Under the pieces are notes generated by a model. It had not been told where the DNA came from, did not search any database, and saw nothing but the letters and a program-made list of their open reading frames with translations. A DNA stretch of 64,000 bases from an uncultured Gemmatimonadales bacterium (GTDB lineage: Bacteria > Gemmatimonadota > Gemmatimonadetes > Gemmatimonadales > GWC2-71-9): NCBI GenBank assembly GCA_963828735.1, contig CAWHFW010000005.1, forward strand, positions 608,001-672,000, written 5' to 3'. Below, in pieces: positions 36,798-47,218 of the stretch; the stretch's first letter is position 1, and every line of letters starts with the position of its first letter. A program made the translations under genes and the position numbers.

Positions 36798-38591
36798 TTA
36801 GGCAATCTTGCGCTCCTCCTGACCGCGCAGTTGGAGCTGGTACAGGCGCTCGTACAGGCCGCGCTGCGCCAGGAGCTCGCGATGGCTCCCGCGTTCCCGG
36901 ATCTCCCCATGATGGAGCACGAGAATCTCGTCCGCGTGGAGAATCGTGCTGAGCCGGTGGGCGACGACGAGACTGGTGCGGCCCGCCATCAACTCCGCGA
37001 TGGCCCGTTGAATCTGCGCTTCGGCCTCGGCATCGACCGAGCTCGTCGCCTCGTCGAGCACCAGGATCCTCGGATCGAGGGCGAGCGCCCGCGCGAAGCT
37101 CAGAAGCTGGCGCTCACCGACGCTGAGGCTTCGCCCGCGCTCCCCCAGCACGTGTTGGTAACCCGCGGGAAGCCGCTCGATGAACCGGTCCGCGCCCACG
37201 CGGTGCGCCGCCAGGTGGGCGGCCTCCGCTGTGATCGGAGCATCGAGGGTGAGATTGTGCTGCACGTCGCCCGTGAACAGAAACAGATCCTGCTGCACGA
37301 AACCAATGATGGATCGCAGGTCGGCGGTCGAGAGCTCACGGATGTCCACCCCGTCCACCGTGATCCGCCCCCGCTCGGGATCGTAGAACCGGAGCAGCAG
37401 GCTCACGATCGTGGTCTTCCCCGCCCCGGTATGACCCACCAGCGCGATCGTCTGCCCCGGCATCGCCGTGAACGATACGTCGCGCAGTACCCACGGACCG
37501 GTCGGCGAATAGCGGAACCACACCCCCTCGAACCGCACGGCGCCCCGGACGGGGCGAGAAAGCGGGACGGGCCGTTCCGGCTCGCGCACGGTCACTGGCT
37601 CGTCGAGCAGGGTGAAGACGCGCTCCGAGGAGGCCATCGCGCTCTGCAGCAGGTTGAACTTCTCCGACAGATCCTGGAGCGGCTGGAAGAAGCGCCGCGT
37701 GTACTGGATGAACGCCGCGAGGATGCCGACGGTGAGCGTCCCGTCGAGCACCCGAAGGCCGCCGTACCAGAGGAGGAGCGCCATCGCGATGGCGGTGAGC
37801 ACCTCGACCGCCGGGAAGAACACCGCGTAGATCGTGATCGAACGGAGATGCGCCTCCAGGTGATCCTGGTTGAGCGCCGCGAACCGGCGCGCCGTATCCT
37901 CTTCCCGTCCGAACAGCTGCACCACCCGCATGCCGCTCAACCGCTCCTGCAGGAAGGCATTGAGGCGGGCGAGCCGGACCCGGATGTCGCTGAAGGCCGC
38001 GCGCACCTGCCGGCGGAAGACCCGGGCGGTGAGCCAGACCAGCGGGATCACGGCGAACGTCACGAGCGCGAGCCGCCAGTCGATGGCGAGCATCATCCCC
38101 ATGATCGCGACCAGGGTGAACGCGTCGCCGAAGATGGTCACGACCCCCGAGGAGAACAGCTCGTTGAGCGTTTCCACGTCCGAGGTCACCCGGGTCATCA
38201 GCCGGCCCACCGGGTTTCGGTCGAAGTAGCCGATGCTGAGGCGCTGCAGGTGCGCGTAGATCTCCATCCGGAGGTCGTACATGACGCGTTGTCCGATGTA
38301 CGTCATGAGCAGCGTGCCCCCGTATTCGACGGTGAAGTCGAGCAGGAGCGTCGCCAGGTACAGTCCGGCCAGGAGACCGAGCAGGCCCACGTCGTGCTTG
38401 GGCACGGCCACGTCGAGCGCGTGCTCGGTGAGTCGCGGACCGACCAGGGCCAGTGCCGACTGCGACAGCAGCAGCGTGACGGCGACCCCCGTCAGCCCGC
38501 GGTACGGACGCAGGTAGCGGAGCAGGCGGCGCAGCAGCGCGCCGTCGTATCCGCGGCTACCGGCGTCCGAGTCGTCGGAGGTCTGGCTCAT
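36798..38591 (-). CDS. ABC exporter, fused permease + ATPase
   Basis: TM domain, GHTGAGKTT, LSVGERQ, LDEATSSVD, AHRLSTI. Confidence 0.92.
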   Translation of the reverse strand: MSQTSDDSDAGSRGYDGALLRRLLRYLRPYRGLTGVAVTLLLSQSALALVGPRLTEHALDVAVPKHDVGLLGLLAGLYLATLLLDFTVEYGGTLLMTYIGQRVMYDLRMEIYAHLQRLSIGYFDRNPVGRLMTRVTSDVETLNELFSSGVVTIFGDAFTLVAIMGMMLAIDWRLALVTFAVIPLVWLTARVFRRQVRAAFSDIRVRLARLNAFLQERLSGMRVVQLFGREEDTARRFAALNQDHLEAHLRSITIYAVFFPAVEVLTAIAMALLLWYGGLRVLDGTLTVGILAAFIQYTRRFFQPLQDLSEKFNLLQSAMASSERVFTLLDEPVTVREPERPVPLSRPVRGAVRFEGVWFRYSPTGPWVLRDVSFTAMPGQTIALVGHTGAGKTTIVSLLLRFYDPERGRITVDGVDIRELSTADLRSIIGFVQQDLFLFTGDVQHNLTLDAPITAEAAHLAAHRVGADRFIERLPAGYQHVLGERGRSLSVGERQLLSFARALALDPRILVLDEATSSVDAEAEAQIQRAIAELMAGRTSLVVAHRLSTILHADEILVLHHGEIRERGSHRELLAQRGLYERLYQLQLRGQEERKIA

Positions 38592-38595
38592 GTCG

Positions 38596-39672
38596 CTATC
38601 CGGTCGGCTCCGGGAGCACGGTCTGGTCCACGCCCTTGAGCCCGCTGCGCACCCAGCTCGAGAACACCACGAAGCCGACGGCGAGCGTGATGTAGGTGAG
38701 GATGATTCGCCAGAGCAGGATGTAGATCGGCGTCAGCTCGCGCGGCACGTACGAGCTCATGACCGCGGCCGAGAGGACCTCGCCGATCCCCGAGGCGCCG
38801 GGCGTCGGCGCGAAGTACAGCAGGAACATCACCAACGTCTGGACCAGCAGGATGTCCACGAAGTTCGCGTGCAGTCCGAGGGTGCGGAGGGCGACGTACC
38901 CGGCGAGCAGCTTGTTCGCGTGCGAGGGAGCGGAGAGGAGCGTGGCCCACACCAGGGTCAGCCACCCGCTCGGGCTGTTGAAGGCGATGACGCTCTCGTG
39001 GATCGCGTCGATTCCCGCCTGGAGCCGCTCGAGCCGGTCCGCGACCCGCTGGCTCCGCCGCCCGACCCATACGGCGACGCGATGAATCAGGTCGCGCACG
39101 AAGCGGGGAAAGAAGATCACGATGGCCATCAGGACGCCGATGCTGGCGATGATCGTCAGGCTTCCCCGGAAGAGATCGTACAGCGAGAGGCCCAGCAGGT
39201 TGCCCCGCTGCCCCAGCGACTGCCCGGCCCCGAACAGGAGCGCGAGCGGCCCGGCGATCGCGAAGAACAGCACCGTCGCCACGAAGGTTATGAAGGTGGA
39301 GGTCACCGCGACCGGCAGCGGCACGCCGTAGCGCCGCATCGTGTACATCGTCATCGGCCCGGCGCCCGAGCTGAGCGGCGTGATGTAGCCCGCCCAGGCG
39401 CCCATGCCGCCGGCGACGATCATCCCCTTGAGCGATGGGTTCGGGAACACGTGCCGGGCCACGACCCAGTTCCGGAGTCCGCCGCCGATCCAATCCAGCG
39501 ACGCGAGCCCGACCCCGACCGGCAGCCATATCCAATGGAGCCGCCCGAGTCCCGCCACGAACGCATGGAAGTTGTTGCCGTACAGGAGAATGATCCCGAA
39601 GCCCACCAGGGAGGCCAGGACCGAGAACTCGAAGCCGCGGAGGAGAAACTTGGGGGTGAGGAGACGGGACAT
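38596..39672 (-). CDS. Lysylphosphatidylglycerol synthase TM-like (UPF0104) flippase family protein
   Basis: ITPLSSGAGP, PTPGASGIGE, LLWRIILTY; multi-TM. Confidence 0.75.
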   Translation of the reverse strand: MSRLLTPKFLLRGFEFSVLASLVGFGIILLYGNNFHAFVAGLGRLHWIWLPVGVGLASLDWIGGGLRNWVVARHVFPNPSLKGMIVAGGMGAWAGYITPLSSGAGPMTMYTMRRYGVPLPVAVTSTFITFVATVLFFAIAGPLALLFGAGQSLGQRGNLLGLSLYDLFRGSLTIIASIGVLMAIVIFFPRFVRDLIHRVAVWVGRRSQRVADRLERLQAGIDAIHESVIAFNSPSGWLTLVWATLLSAPSHANKLLAGYVALRTLGLHANFVDILLVQTLVMFLLYFAPTPGASGIGEVLSAAVMSSYVPRELTPIYILLWRIILTYITLAVGFVVFSSWVRSGLKGVDQTVLPEPTG

Positions 39673-39842
39673 GTGAGGGCGAAAGCTAAGGGGGGCGGGA
39701 GAAGCCGGAAAAGGGTTCGAAAGGCCGAGGGACGCGACAACCCGGTTCGCAAAACGGCCGGCGTGCGCCGACACGGCGTCACGATCCAGCGGAGTGCGTC
39801 ACGTACCGAACATGCCCCGAACCCCTTATCCTTCCATCCGAC

Positions 39843-42656
39843 ATGATCCGCATCGTCAACGCCCGGCAGAACAACCTGCAGGGAATCACCGTCGAGCTGC
39901 CGCACCGGGCGCTCATCGTCGTCACGGGCCCGTCCGGCTCCGGCAAGAGCACGCTCGCGTTCGACACCCTCTACGCCGAAGGACAGCGGCGCTACATCGA
40001 GTCGCTCTCCACCTACGCGAAGCAGTTCCTCGAGCGGATGCCGAAGCCGCTGGTGGACCACCTCGAGGGCATCGCCCCGTCCGTGGCCATCGAGCAGCGG
40101 AACCCGACCGTCAGCAGCCGGTCCACCGTCGGCACGGCCACCGAAGTGTACGACTACCTGCGGCTGCTCTGGGCCCGCGTCGGCCGAAGCTACTGCCGCG
40201 CGTGCGGCGCGCCCGTCCGGCGCGATACGCCGCAGAGCGCGACGGACGATGTGCTGGCGGCCGCCCCGGGCGCGCGGCTCCAGGTCGCGTTTCCGCTGCC
40301 TCCGGTCGCGCGGCTCACGCACGAAGCCGTGGTCGAGAATCTCCGCGCGCTCGGCTTCGTCCGCGTGCTGGCGGATGGTACCCCACACCACCTCGACGAG
40401 CTGCCGTCCGGCCTGGACCTCACGCGGGCCGCGGAGCTGTTGGTCGTGGTCGATCGCCTGACGGCCGAGCCGGCAGCGGCCGGGCGGCTGGCCGAGTCGG
40501 TGGCGACGGCGTTCCAGGAAGGCGAAGGCGTCGCGGTCGTCCTCCACTCGGGCGATGCTCGAGGGACCGACCGGCTCCGGTTCACGCGCTTCCCTGCCTG
40601 CAGCGCGTGCGACACGCCGGCCGCGATGGTGACGCCGGCCCTCTTCTCCTTCAACAATCCGCGCGGCGCCTGCGCCCACTGCAACGGCTTCGGCGCGGTA
40701 CTCGAGTACGACGAGTCGCTCGTGGTCCCGGACCCGACCCGAAGCCTCGCCAACGGCGCCATCGATCCGTGGACCAAGCCGCGGTACGAGTCCCGACGCC
40801 GCATCCTGCTCGACTACGCGCGCACCCTGGGCGCCGACGCGTCCAAGCCCTGGCAGAAGCTCAAGGCGGCCCACCGCCGCGAGCTGTTGTACGGACGCAA
40901 GGGGCGCTACGTCGGCATCTTCCCGTTCCTCAAGGGACTCGAGGAGAAGCGGTACAAGCAGTATATCCGCGTGTTTCTCCGGCAGTACCAGCTCGCGAAG
41001 ACCTGCGAGGCGTGCGGGGGCAGCCGCCTCAATCCGGACGCGCTCGCCGTCCGAATCGGGGGGGACGCGATCGCGGACGTGTCGTCGCGGTCAGTGGACG
41101 GGATCCACCTCTGGCTCGCCTCGCTCGAGCTCACGGCCTGGGAGCGCGAGATCGCCGACCTCATCGTCGCGCAGCTCGACGCCCAGCTCGGCTTTCTCCG
41201 CGACGTCGGCCTCGGCTATCTCACGCTCGACCGTCAGACCCGCACCCTGTCCGGCGGCGAGGCTCAGCGCATCGCGCTCGCCAACGCCCTCGGCTCGAGG
41301 CTGGTGGACACGCTGTACGTGCTCGACGAGCCGTCCATCGGCCTCCACCCGCGCGACACCGACCGCCTGCTCGGGCTGTTGCGCCGGCTACGCGATGCCG
41401 GCAACACCGTGGTCGTCGTGGAGCACGACCTGGCCGCCGTCCGGCAGGCGGACTTCATGCTGGAGCTCGGACCCGGCTCGGGCGATCGCGGCGGCCGTGT
41501 GGTGCACGCGGGTCCCGTCGAGACCGCGAGCGCCTCGCTCACCGGCCAGTACCTCACCGGCCAGAAGCGGATCGCCGTCCCCAGCGCGCGACGCCCGGTG
41601 GGACCGCGCTGGCTGCGGATTCGCGGCGCTACGCTGCACAACCTCAAGGGCGTCGACGCCGACATTCCGCTCGGCGCGCTGACGGCGATCACGGGCGTGA
41701 GCGGCTCCGGCAAGAGCTCGCTCCTGTACGATGTGGTCTACCGGAACCTCGAGGCCCGCCTCCATGGCGGGCACAGCGCCAAGAGTCACCTCGGGGAGCC
41801 CGTCGGACAGGTCGCCTCGCTCACGGGGTGGGAGTTCCTCCAGGACGTGCTCCTCGTGGACCAGTCGCCGATCGGCCGCTCGCCCCGGTCGAACCCGATC
41901 ACGTACATCAAGGCCTTCGACGAGATCCGCGAGCTGTTCGCGGCGCAGCCGCTCGCGCGCGAGCGCAAGTACACCGGCGCCACGTTCTCCTTCAACCTTC
42001 CGGGCGGCCGCTGCGACGCCTGCGAGGGCGCGGGACACGTGCAGGTGGAGATGGTGTTCCTCGCCGACGTCTACGTTCCGTGCGAGACCTGCGGGGGCAC
42101 CCGCTACCGCCGCGAGGTGCTCGATGTCCGGATCCACGGGCACTCGATCCACGACGTGCTGCAGTGGACCGTGGACGAGGCCATCGCCCGCTTTCGTCAC
42201 CAGGCGAAGCTGGGCGCCGCGCTCTGGCAGCTCCAGCAGGTGGGACTCGGCTACCTCCGCCTCGGGCAGCCCGCGACGACGCTGTCGGGCGGCGAGGCAC
42301 AGCGCCTCAAGATCGCGCGGGAGCTGGCCCAGGCCGGCAAGCGGGTCGGCCGGAAGCTCTACATCCTCGACGAGCCCACCACCGGCCTGCACCTCGACGA
42401 CGTCCGCGTCCTCCTTCAGGTGCTCGACCGTCTCGTGGACGCCGGGCACACGGTCGTCGTCATCGAGCACCACATGGACGTGGTCAAGCGTGCCGACTGG
42501 ATCATCGACCTCGGCCCCGAAGCCGGCGATGCCGGCGGCCGGCTGGTGGCCCAGGGCAGGCCCGACCAGGTAGCCGCGGTCGAAGCGTCCCACACCGGAC
42601 GGTATCTCCGGCCGCTCCTGGCCCTGCACGCTCCCGCGGAAGCTCTAGTCGGATGA
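39843..42656 (+). CDS. uvrA: Excinuclease ABC subunit A (may be a second paralog)
   Basis: Two ABC modules (GPSGSGKS, GVSGSGKS), DTLYAEGQRRY, LSGGEAQR x2, CxxC zinc fingers. Confidence 0.93.
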   Translation: MIRIVNARQNNLQGITVELPHRALIVVTGPSGSGKSTLAFDTLYAEGQRRYIESLSTYAKQFLERMPKPLVDHLEGIAPSVAIEQRNPTVSSRSTVGTATEVYDYLRLLWARVGRSYCRACGAPVRRDTPQSATDDVLAAAPGARLQVAFPLPPVARLTHEAVVENLRALGFVRVLADGTPHHLDELPSGLDLTRAAELLVVVDRLTAEPAAAGRLAESVATAFQEGEGVAVVLHSGDARGTDRLRFTRFPACSACDTPAAMVTPALFSFNNPRGACAHCNGFGAVLEYDESLVVPDPTRSLANGAIDPWTKPRYESRRRILLDYARTLGADASKPWQKLKAAHRRELLYGRKGRYVGIFPFLKGLEEKRYKQYIRVFLRQYQLAKTCEACGGSRLNPDALAVRIGGDAIADVSSRSVDGIHLWLASLELTAWEREIADLIVAQLDAQLGFLRDVGLGYLTLDRQTRTLSGGEAQRIALANALGSRLVDTLYVLDEPSIGLHPRDTDRLLGLLRRLRDAGNTVVVVEHDLAAVRQADFMLELGPGSGDRGGRVVHAGPVETASASLTGQYLTGQKRIAVPSARRPVGPRWLRIRGATLHNLKGVDADIPLGALTAITGVSGSGKSSLLYDVVYRNLEARLHGGHSAKSHLGEPVGQVASLTGWEFLQDVLLVDQSPIGRSPRSNPITYIKAFDEIRELFAAQPLARERKYTGATFSFNLPGGRCDACEGAGHVQVEMVFLADVYVPCETCGGTRYRREVLDVRIHGHSIHDVLQWTVDEAIARFRHQAKLGAALWQLQQVGLGYLRLGQPATTLSGGEAQRLKIARELAQAGKRVGRKLYILDEPTTGLHLDDVRVLLQVLDRLVDAGHTVVVIEHHMDVVKRADWIIDLGPEAGDAGGRLVAQGRPDQVAAVEASHTGRYLRPLLALHAPAEALVG

Positions 42657-43498
42657 GTCGGCGCCGGGCCGTCCTGGCGCTGGTGCTGGTGTGTCTGGTG
42701 TGGGGGGTGTCGTTCACGGCGATCAAGCAGGCGCTCGACTACACCTCTCCGGTCGTGCTGCTGGGGCTCAGATTCGGCATCGCGACCCTGTTCCTGCTCG
42801 GAAGCCTGCGCGGACTCTCACGCGACGAGGCGGTCGGCGGCCTCGTGCTGGGCGGCCTCTTCTGGGCGGGGTTCGTCTTTCAGACCAAAGGCCTGCAGTA
42901 CACCACGCCAAGCCGCTCGGCGTTCATCACGATTCTTTCGACGCCGCTGGTGCCGGTGCTCCAGTTTCTGCTGCACCGCACCGTGCCCCGATGGCCGACG
43001 GTCGTGGCCATCGTCCTCGCGGTGGCCGGCACCTGGCTGCTCACGAGTCCGGATGGCGGCGGCCTCAATCGCGGCGACCTCCTCACGATCGGCTGCGCGA
43101 TCGTGTTCACCGGACAGATCGTGGCCGCCGGGCACTACGCGGCGCGCATTCCCATCGGCCGCCTGCTGGCGCTCGAGCTCGGCACCTCCGCCCTGCTCTC
43201 GCTCGCGAGCGCGCCGGCCCTCGAAGCGCCGCGGCTCGACGTCACCGGCACGTTCGTCGCGCTGCTGGCCTTTCTCGCCCTCAGCGGTCTCTGGTCGTTC
43301 CGCACCCAGCTCCGCGCCCAACAGGTTCTGACGCCGACCCACACGGCACTGGTATTCACGCTCGAGCCAGTATTTGCCGGCGTCACCAGCTTCCTTGTGC
43401 TCGGCGAGCGGCTGAGTGCCCTCCAGCTTTTCGGGGGCGCACTGATCATGACCGCGGTCGCGGCGCCGGCGCTCGAGTCCATCGAGTCCGACGGCTGA
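42653..43498 (+). CDS. DMT/EamA family transporter
   Basis: LVWGVSF...RFG, SAFIT, TLEPVFA; overlaps uvrA stop. Confidence 0.88.
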   Translation: MSRRRAVLALVLVCLVWGVSFTAIKQALDYTSPVVLLGLRFGIATLFLLGSLRGLSRDEAVGGLVLGGLFWAGFVFQTKGLQYTTPSRSAFITILSTPLVPVLQFLLHRTVPRWPTVVAIVLAVAGTWLLTSPDGGGLNRGDLLTIGCAIVFTGQIVAAGHYAARIPIGRLLALELGTSALLSLASAPALEAPRLDVTGTFVALLAFLALSGLWSFRTQLRAQQVLTPTHTALVFTLEPVFAGVTSFLVLGERLSALQLFGGALIMTAVAAPALESIESDG

Positions 43499-43534
43499 CG
43501 AGGGATTCTGCCTCGGTCCCTCACCGGCTCGACC

Positions 43535-44953
43535 TTACTTCAGCTCCTCCGCCGCCTTCCGCACCGCATCCCACGCCGCCCGCACATGCTCCCGCTCGGT
43601 CGCCCGCTGACCCACCACGAGCCGGATGGCGTACCTGCCGCCGAGCCGCGTGTGCGTGAGGTACCGGTCGCGTCCCGCATTCACCGCCGCGAGCAGCCGG
43701 GCATTGTGCCCATCGAGCTCCGCGTCGTCCAGGCCCGCTGGACGCCAGCGGAAGCACACCAGCCCGAACGGCACCGGTGCCATCAGCTCGAATGCAGGGT
43801 CGGCCGTGATCCACCCGGCCAGCTCGCGCGCGAGCGCGACGTGGCGGCGGATGATGGCGCGCAGTCCCTCGACGCCGTAGCTCCGGATCACGAACCAGAG
43901 CTTGAGCGCCCGGAACCGGCGGCCGAGCTGGATGCCCCAGTCCCGGAAGTTGACCACGTCGGCGTCGTACTCGGTGCGGAGGTACTCGGGCGTCGCCTGA
44001 AACGTCGACAGCAGCGCGGACGGATCGCGGACGAAGTACGCCGTGCAGTCGAAGTTGGTCAGCAGCCACTTGTGGGGGTTGAAGACGATGCTGTCGGCGG
44101 CCTCCATGCCGTCGAACGAGGACCGGAGCTCGGGCACGATCGCCGCGGCGCCGGCGTAGGCCGCGTCCACGTGGAGCCACGCGCCCGAGCGGCGGCAGAG
44201 CTCGGCGATCGGCCGGAGCGGGTCGATCGCCGTGCTCGAGGTTGTCCCGATCGAGGCGACGACGCACGCGGGACGGATGTTGGCCGATCGGTCGGCCTCG
44301 AGCGCGCGCGCCAGCGCCTCGGGCCTCATCGCGTACGCGTCGTCCGTCTCGATGTGCCGCAACAGGTCCAGCCCGTAGCCGGCGAGCTTGACGGCCTTGT
44401 CGATGGATGAATGGGCCTCGCCCGAGGCATACACCGCGAGCGGCGCGCCCGCGGCGGCGAGGCCCGCCGATCCGGCTTTCCCCGAGGTCGCGCGCTCGCG
44501 TGCAGTCAGCAGCGCTACGAGGGTAGCCGTGGACGCGGTGTCCTGGATGACCCCGACGAAGCCGTCCGGCAGGCCCATCATCTGCCGCAGCCAGTCCATC
44601 ACCACCTGCTCGAGCTCGGTTGCGGCCGGCGACGTCACCCAGCTCATGCCTTGCGCGCCGAGGGTAGCCGTGAGCATTTCCCCGAGGATCGAGGGCGGAC
44701 TGTTGTTGCAGGGGAAGTAGGCGAACCAGCCGGGGTGGTTCCAGTGCGTCATGCCCGGCATGATGATCTCGCGGAAGTCCTCGAACAGCGCGTCGAACGG
44801 CTCCGGATCGATCGGTGGCGCGCCGGGGATCCGCCGGCGAATGTCCCCGGGAGCGACGGCGGGGGTGACGGGCAATGTTCCCACGTCGCGCAGGTAGTCG
44901 GCCATCCAGTCGACGAGCGCGTGGGCGTGGCGGCGGAAGTCGTCAGGGTGCAT
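43535..44953 (-). CDS. PLP-dependent aromatic-L-amino-acid decarboxylase (group II)
   Basis: PGMTHWNHP.WFAYFP, SPAATELE, AHSS, HVDAAYAG, FNPHKWL, LGRRFRALKLWFV. Confidence 0.92.
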   Translation of the reverse strand: MHPDDFRRHAHALVDWMADYLRDVGTLPVTPAVAPGDIRRRIPGAPPIDPEPFDALFEDFREIIMPGMTHWNHPGWFAYFPCNNSPPSILGEMLTATLGAQGMSWVTSPAATELEQVVMDWLRQMMGLPDGFVGVIQDTASTATLVALLTARERATSGKAGSAGLAAAGAPLAVYASGEAHSSIDKAVKLAGYGLDLLRHIETDDAYAMRPEALARALEADRSANIRPACVVASIGTTSSTAIDPLRPIAELCRRSGAWLHVDAAYAGAAAIVPELRSSFDGMEAADSIVFNPHKWLLTNFDCTAYFVRDPSALLSTFQATPEYLRTEYDADVVNFRDWGIQLGRRFRALKLWFVIRSYGVEGLRAIIRRHVALARELAGWITADPAFELMAPVPFGLVCFRWRPAGLDDAELDGHNARLLAAVNAGRDRYLTHTRLGGRYAIRLVVGQRATEREHVRAAWDAVRKAAEELK

Positions 44954-45160
44954 GTGGCAAAGCGAACGCGCGACGGCGCGAACGTCAAGCCGGAGACACC
45001 CCCGCGACTTCGGAGAGCCCTGTTACCTTTGCACGGCGCAACTCCACCAGTGCACGGCCCAACTCCGCGAGCGATTCGCGCCATCCTGCGCACGCGACCC
45101 CTCGACGACTCCCCGGCCTCGGAGATCGAGTCCGGACAGAGTCGCCGGTTTAAGGATGCC

Positions 45161-46012
45161 ATGTCCCCTGCCCGTTCGAACCGCGGTCTCGGCTGGATGG
45201 TCCTCGCGCAGGCCTGCTTCGCCGGCATGAACGTCTGCACCCGGCTCGGCAGCCGGCACCTGCCATGGGCGGAGATCGCGGCGGTGCGGTTCCTCGTGGG
45301 AGCGCTGATCGCCGGGGCGCTCGCGACGTTGACCGGAAAGTCGCTCAGGGTCGTCGATCGCGCGGGCACGTGGCGACGGAGCATCTACGGAACGCTCGCG
45401 GCAGCGGGCAGCTTCTACGCGCTGGGCTCGAGCCGTGTGGCGGTGGGCGACGCGGTGACGCTGGGGGCCACGACGCCGATCTTCGTCGCGCTGCTCTCGC
45501 GGCCGCTCCTCGGCGAGCGGGTGGGACGTCATGTCGCGCTGGCGGTGGCGGTGGCGTTCGCGGGGGTCGCGTTGCTGGTCCGGCCGTCCTTCGCCGTCGC
45601 GTGGCCGGTGGCGCTGGTCGCCACGCTCGGCGCGTTCTTCTACGCCCTCGCGATGATCTGGCTCCGACGAATCGGCCCGGGCGAGTCGCACGAGGCCATC
45701 GTGCTCCACTTCTCGCTCGTCGGGCTCGCGACGATGGTCACGCTCGCGCTGCCCGTCTGGCGCTGGCCCGACGCGACCGGCGGTCTCGCGCTGCTCGGCG
45801 CCGGATTGGGCGGAGGGGGCGCCCAGCTCGCGATGACGCGCGCCTACTCCCTCCAGCAGGCGGCGCCGGTAAGCGCGGTCTCGACGCTGGGCGTCGTCAT
45901 CACCTACCTGCTCGCGGTTCCCCTGTTCGGCGACTTGCCGACGCCTTGGCAGCTCGCCGGCGCGGCGCTCGTCCTTGCCGCGACCGCGCTCCTCACCACC
46001 GGCGGCCGATGA
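45161..46012 (+). CDS. DMT/EamA family transporter
   Basis: Multi-TM EamA repeat, TTPIFVALLS..LLGE, QLAMTRAY. Confidence 0.85.
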   Translation: MSPARSNRGLGWMVLAQACFAGMNVCTRLGSRHLPWAEIAAVRFLVGALIAGALATLTGKSLRVVDRAGTWRRSIYGTLAAAGSFYALGSSRVAVGDAVTLGATTPIFVALLSRPLLGERVGRHVALAVAVAFAGVALLVRPSFAVAWPVALVATLGAFFYALAMIWLRRIGPGESHEAIVLHFSLVGLATMVTLALPVWRWPDATGGLALLGAGLGGGGAQLAMTRAYSLQQAAPVSAVSTLGVVITYLLAVPLFGDLPTPWQLAGAALVLAATALLTTGGR

Positions 46013-46034
46013 AAGGCCGTGTATCTTCTACGAT

Positions 46035-46694
46035 ATGGGGGTCAGCCTCGTCGTTTCCGTTCCCGGCCTCACGTACGATCCTGAGCTCGCCTGCCGTCAT
46101 CTGACGGCCGTCGATCCGCGGCTCGGCGAGCTGATCGCCCGGGCGGGGGCGTTCACCATGCGGCCCGAGCCGACCCAGAGCCTGTTCGGGGCGCTCGTCG
46201 AAGCGATCGTCTACCAACAGCTCTCCGGCAAGGCCGCGGAGACGATCCTGGGCCGGGTCGTCGCCATCTATCGCCCGCGCCGGTTCCCTCGCCCGGGGGA
46301 TATCCTCGATACGCCGGCCGACCGGCTTCGCGCCGCCGGTCTCTCGGCCGCGAAGACGGCGGCCATCAAGGACCTCGCCGCGCGCACGCTGGACGGTACC
46401 GTGCCGACGATGGCACGAGTGCGGCGGATGTCGGACGAGGAGATCATCGAACGGCTGACGACGGTGCGCGGCATCGGCCGGTGGACGGTCGAGATGCTAC
46501 TGCTGTTTCGGCTCGGACGTCCAGACGTGCTGCCCTTGGGGGACCTGGGTGTCCGGAAGGGTTTCGCTCGCGCCTTCAACCGGCGCGTGCTGCGCGATCC
46601 GCTCGTGCTGAGCCGGCGCGCCGAGCGTTGGCGGCCCTATCGTTCGGTGGCGAGCTGGTACCTGTGGCGCGCGCTCGATGGCAAGGGCGCCTGA
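46035..46694 (+). CDS. DNA-3-methyladenine glycosylase II family (AlkA/HhH-GPD)
   Basis: AIVYQQLSGKAA, VRGIGRWT HhH, DVLPLGDLG, WRPYRSVASWYLW. Confidence 0.9.
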   Translation: MGVSLVVSVPGLTYDPELACRHLTAVDPRLGELIARAGAFTMRPEPTQSLFGALVEAIVYQQLSGKAAETILGRVVAIYRPRRFPRPGDILDTPADRLRAAGLSAAKTAAIKDLAARTLDGTVPTMARVRRMSDEEIIERLTTVRGIGRWTVEMLLLFRLGRPDVLPLGDLGVRKGFARAFNRRVLRDPLVLSRRAERWRPYRSVASWYLWRALDGKGA

Positions 46695-46713
46695 TTCGAA
46701 GGGAGGGCGAAGG

Positions 46714-47169
46714 ATGAGCCAGTCGATCACGCCGCCTCCGGCGCAGTCGCCGCACGAGCCCGGGCTCCGCGCCGTCGAGCTTCTCTGCGAGCGCCTGGGC
46801 GAGCTGGGTCTCCCCATCGGGCCCGATACCGCGCGCGAGCTGCTCCGGTCCGTGCTGGCGCTGGAGATGCCGCGCATGGAGGCCGAGGTCCACGAGGCGC
46901 TGCAGACGTCGATCGAGACCATCCGCGTGGCGGCCCAATCGGCGAGCGGCGTGCTCGCGACCGTGGATCCCGTGCAGACCCGGCCGAAGGCACGTGCGGT
47001 GCCGCCGGAGCCCGTGTTGGACCCGGTGCCGCGCCGGCAGGCGCAACCACCGACGCCGCGGCCGAACCCGGCCAGACGTCCTGCCGCGCGCCGGCCGTCC
47101 GATGGCGAAGGCGGGGATGATTTGAACGGGGAGAAGCGCCCGGTCTTCCGGCGCCCGCGAGGACACTGA
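46714..47169 (+). CDS. Hypothetical protein (helical N-terminus, Pro/Arg-rich tail)
   Basis: GGAGG upstream; coding-like codon pattern. Confidence 0.65.
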   Translation: MSQSITPPPAQSPHEPGLRAVELLCERLGELGLPIGPDTARELLRSVLALEMPRMEAEVHEALQTSIETIRVAAQSASGVLATVDPVQTRPKARAVPPEPVLDPVPRRQAQPPTPRPNPARRPAARRPSDGEGGDDLNGEKRPVFRRPRGH

Positions 47170-47185
47170 GGTCAGGAGACGCCGT

Positions 47186-47206
47186 CTCGACGCGGGACGC
47201 GTCGAG
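47186..47206. terminator. Hairpin between convergent genes
   Basis: CTCGACGCG-GGA-CGCGTCGAG perfect 9-bp stem. Confidence 0.5.
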
Positions 47207-47218
47207 GTCGACTGGAAC

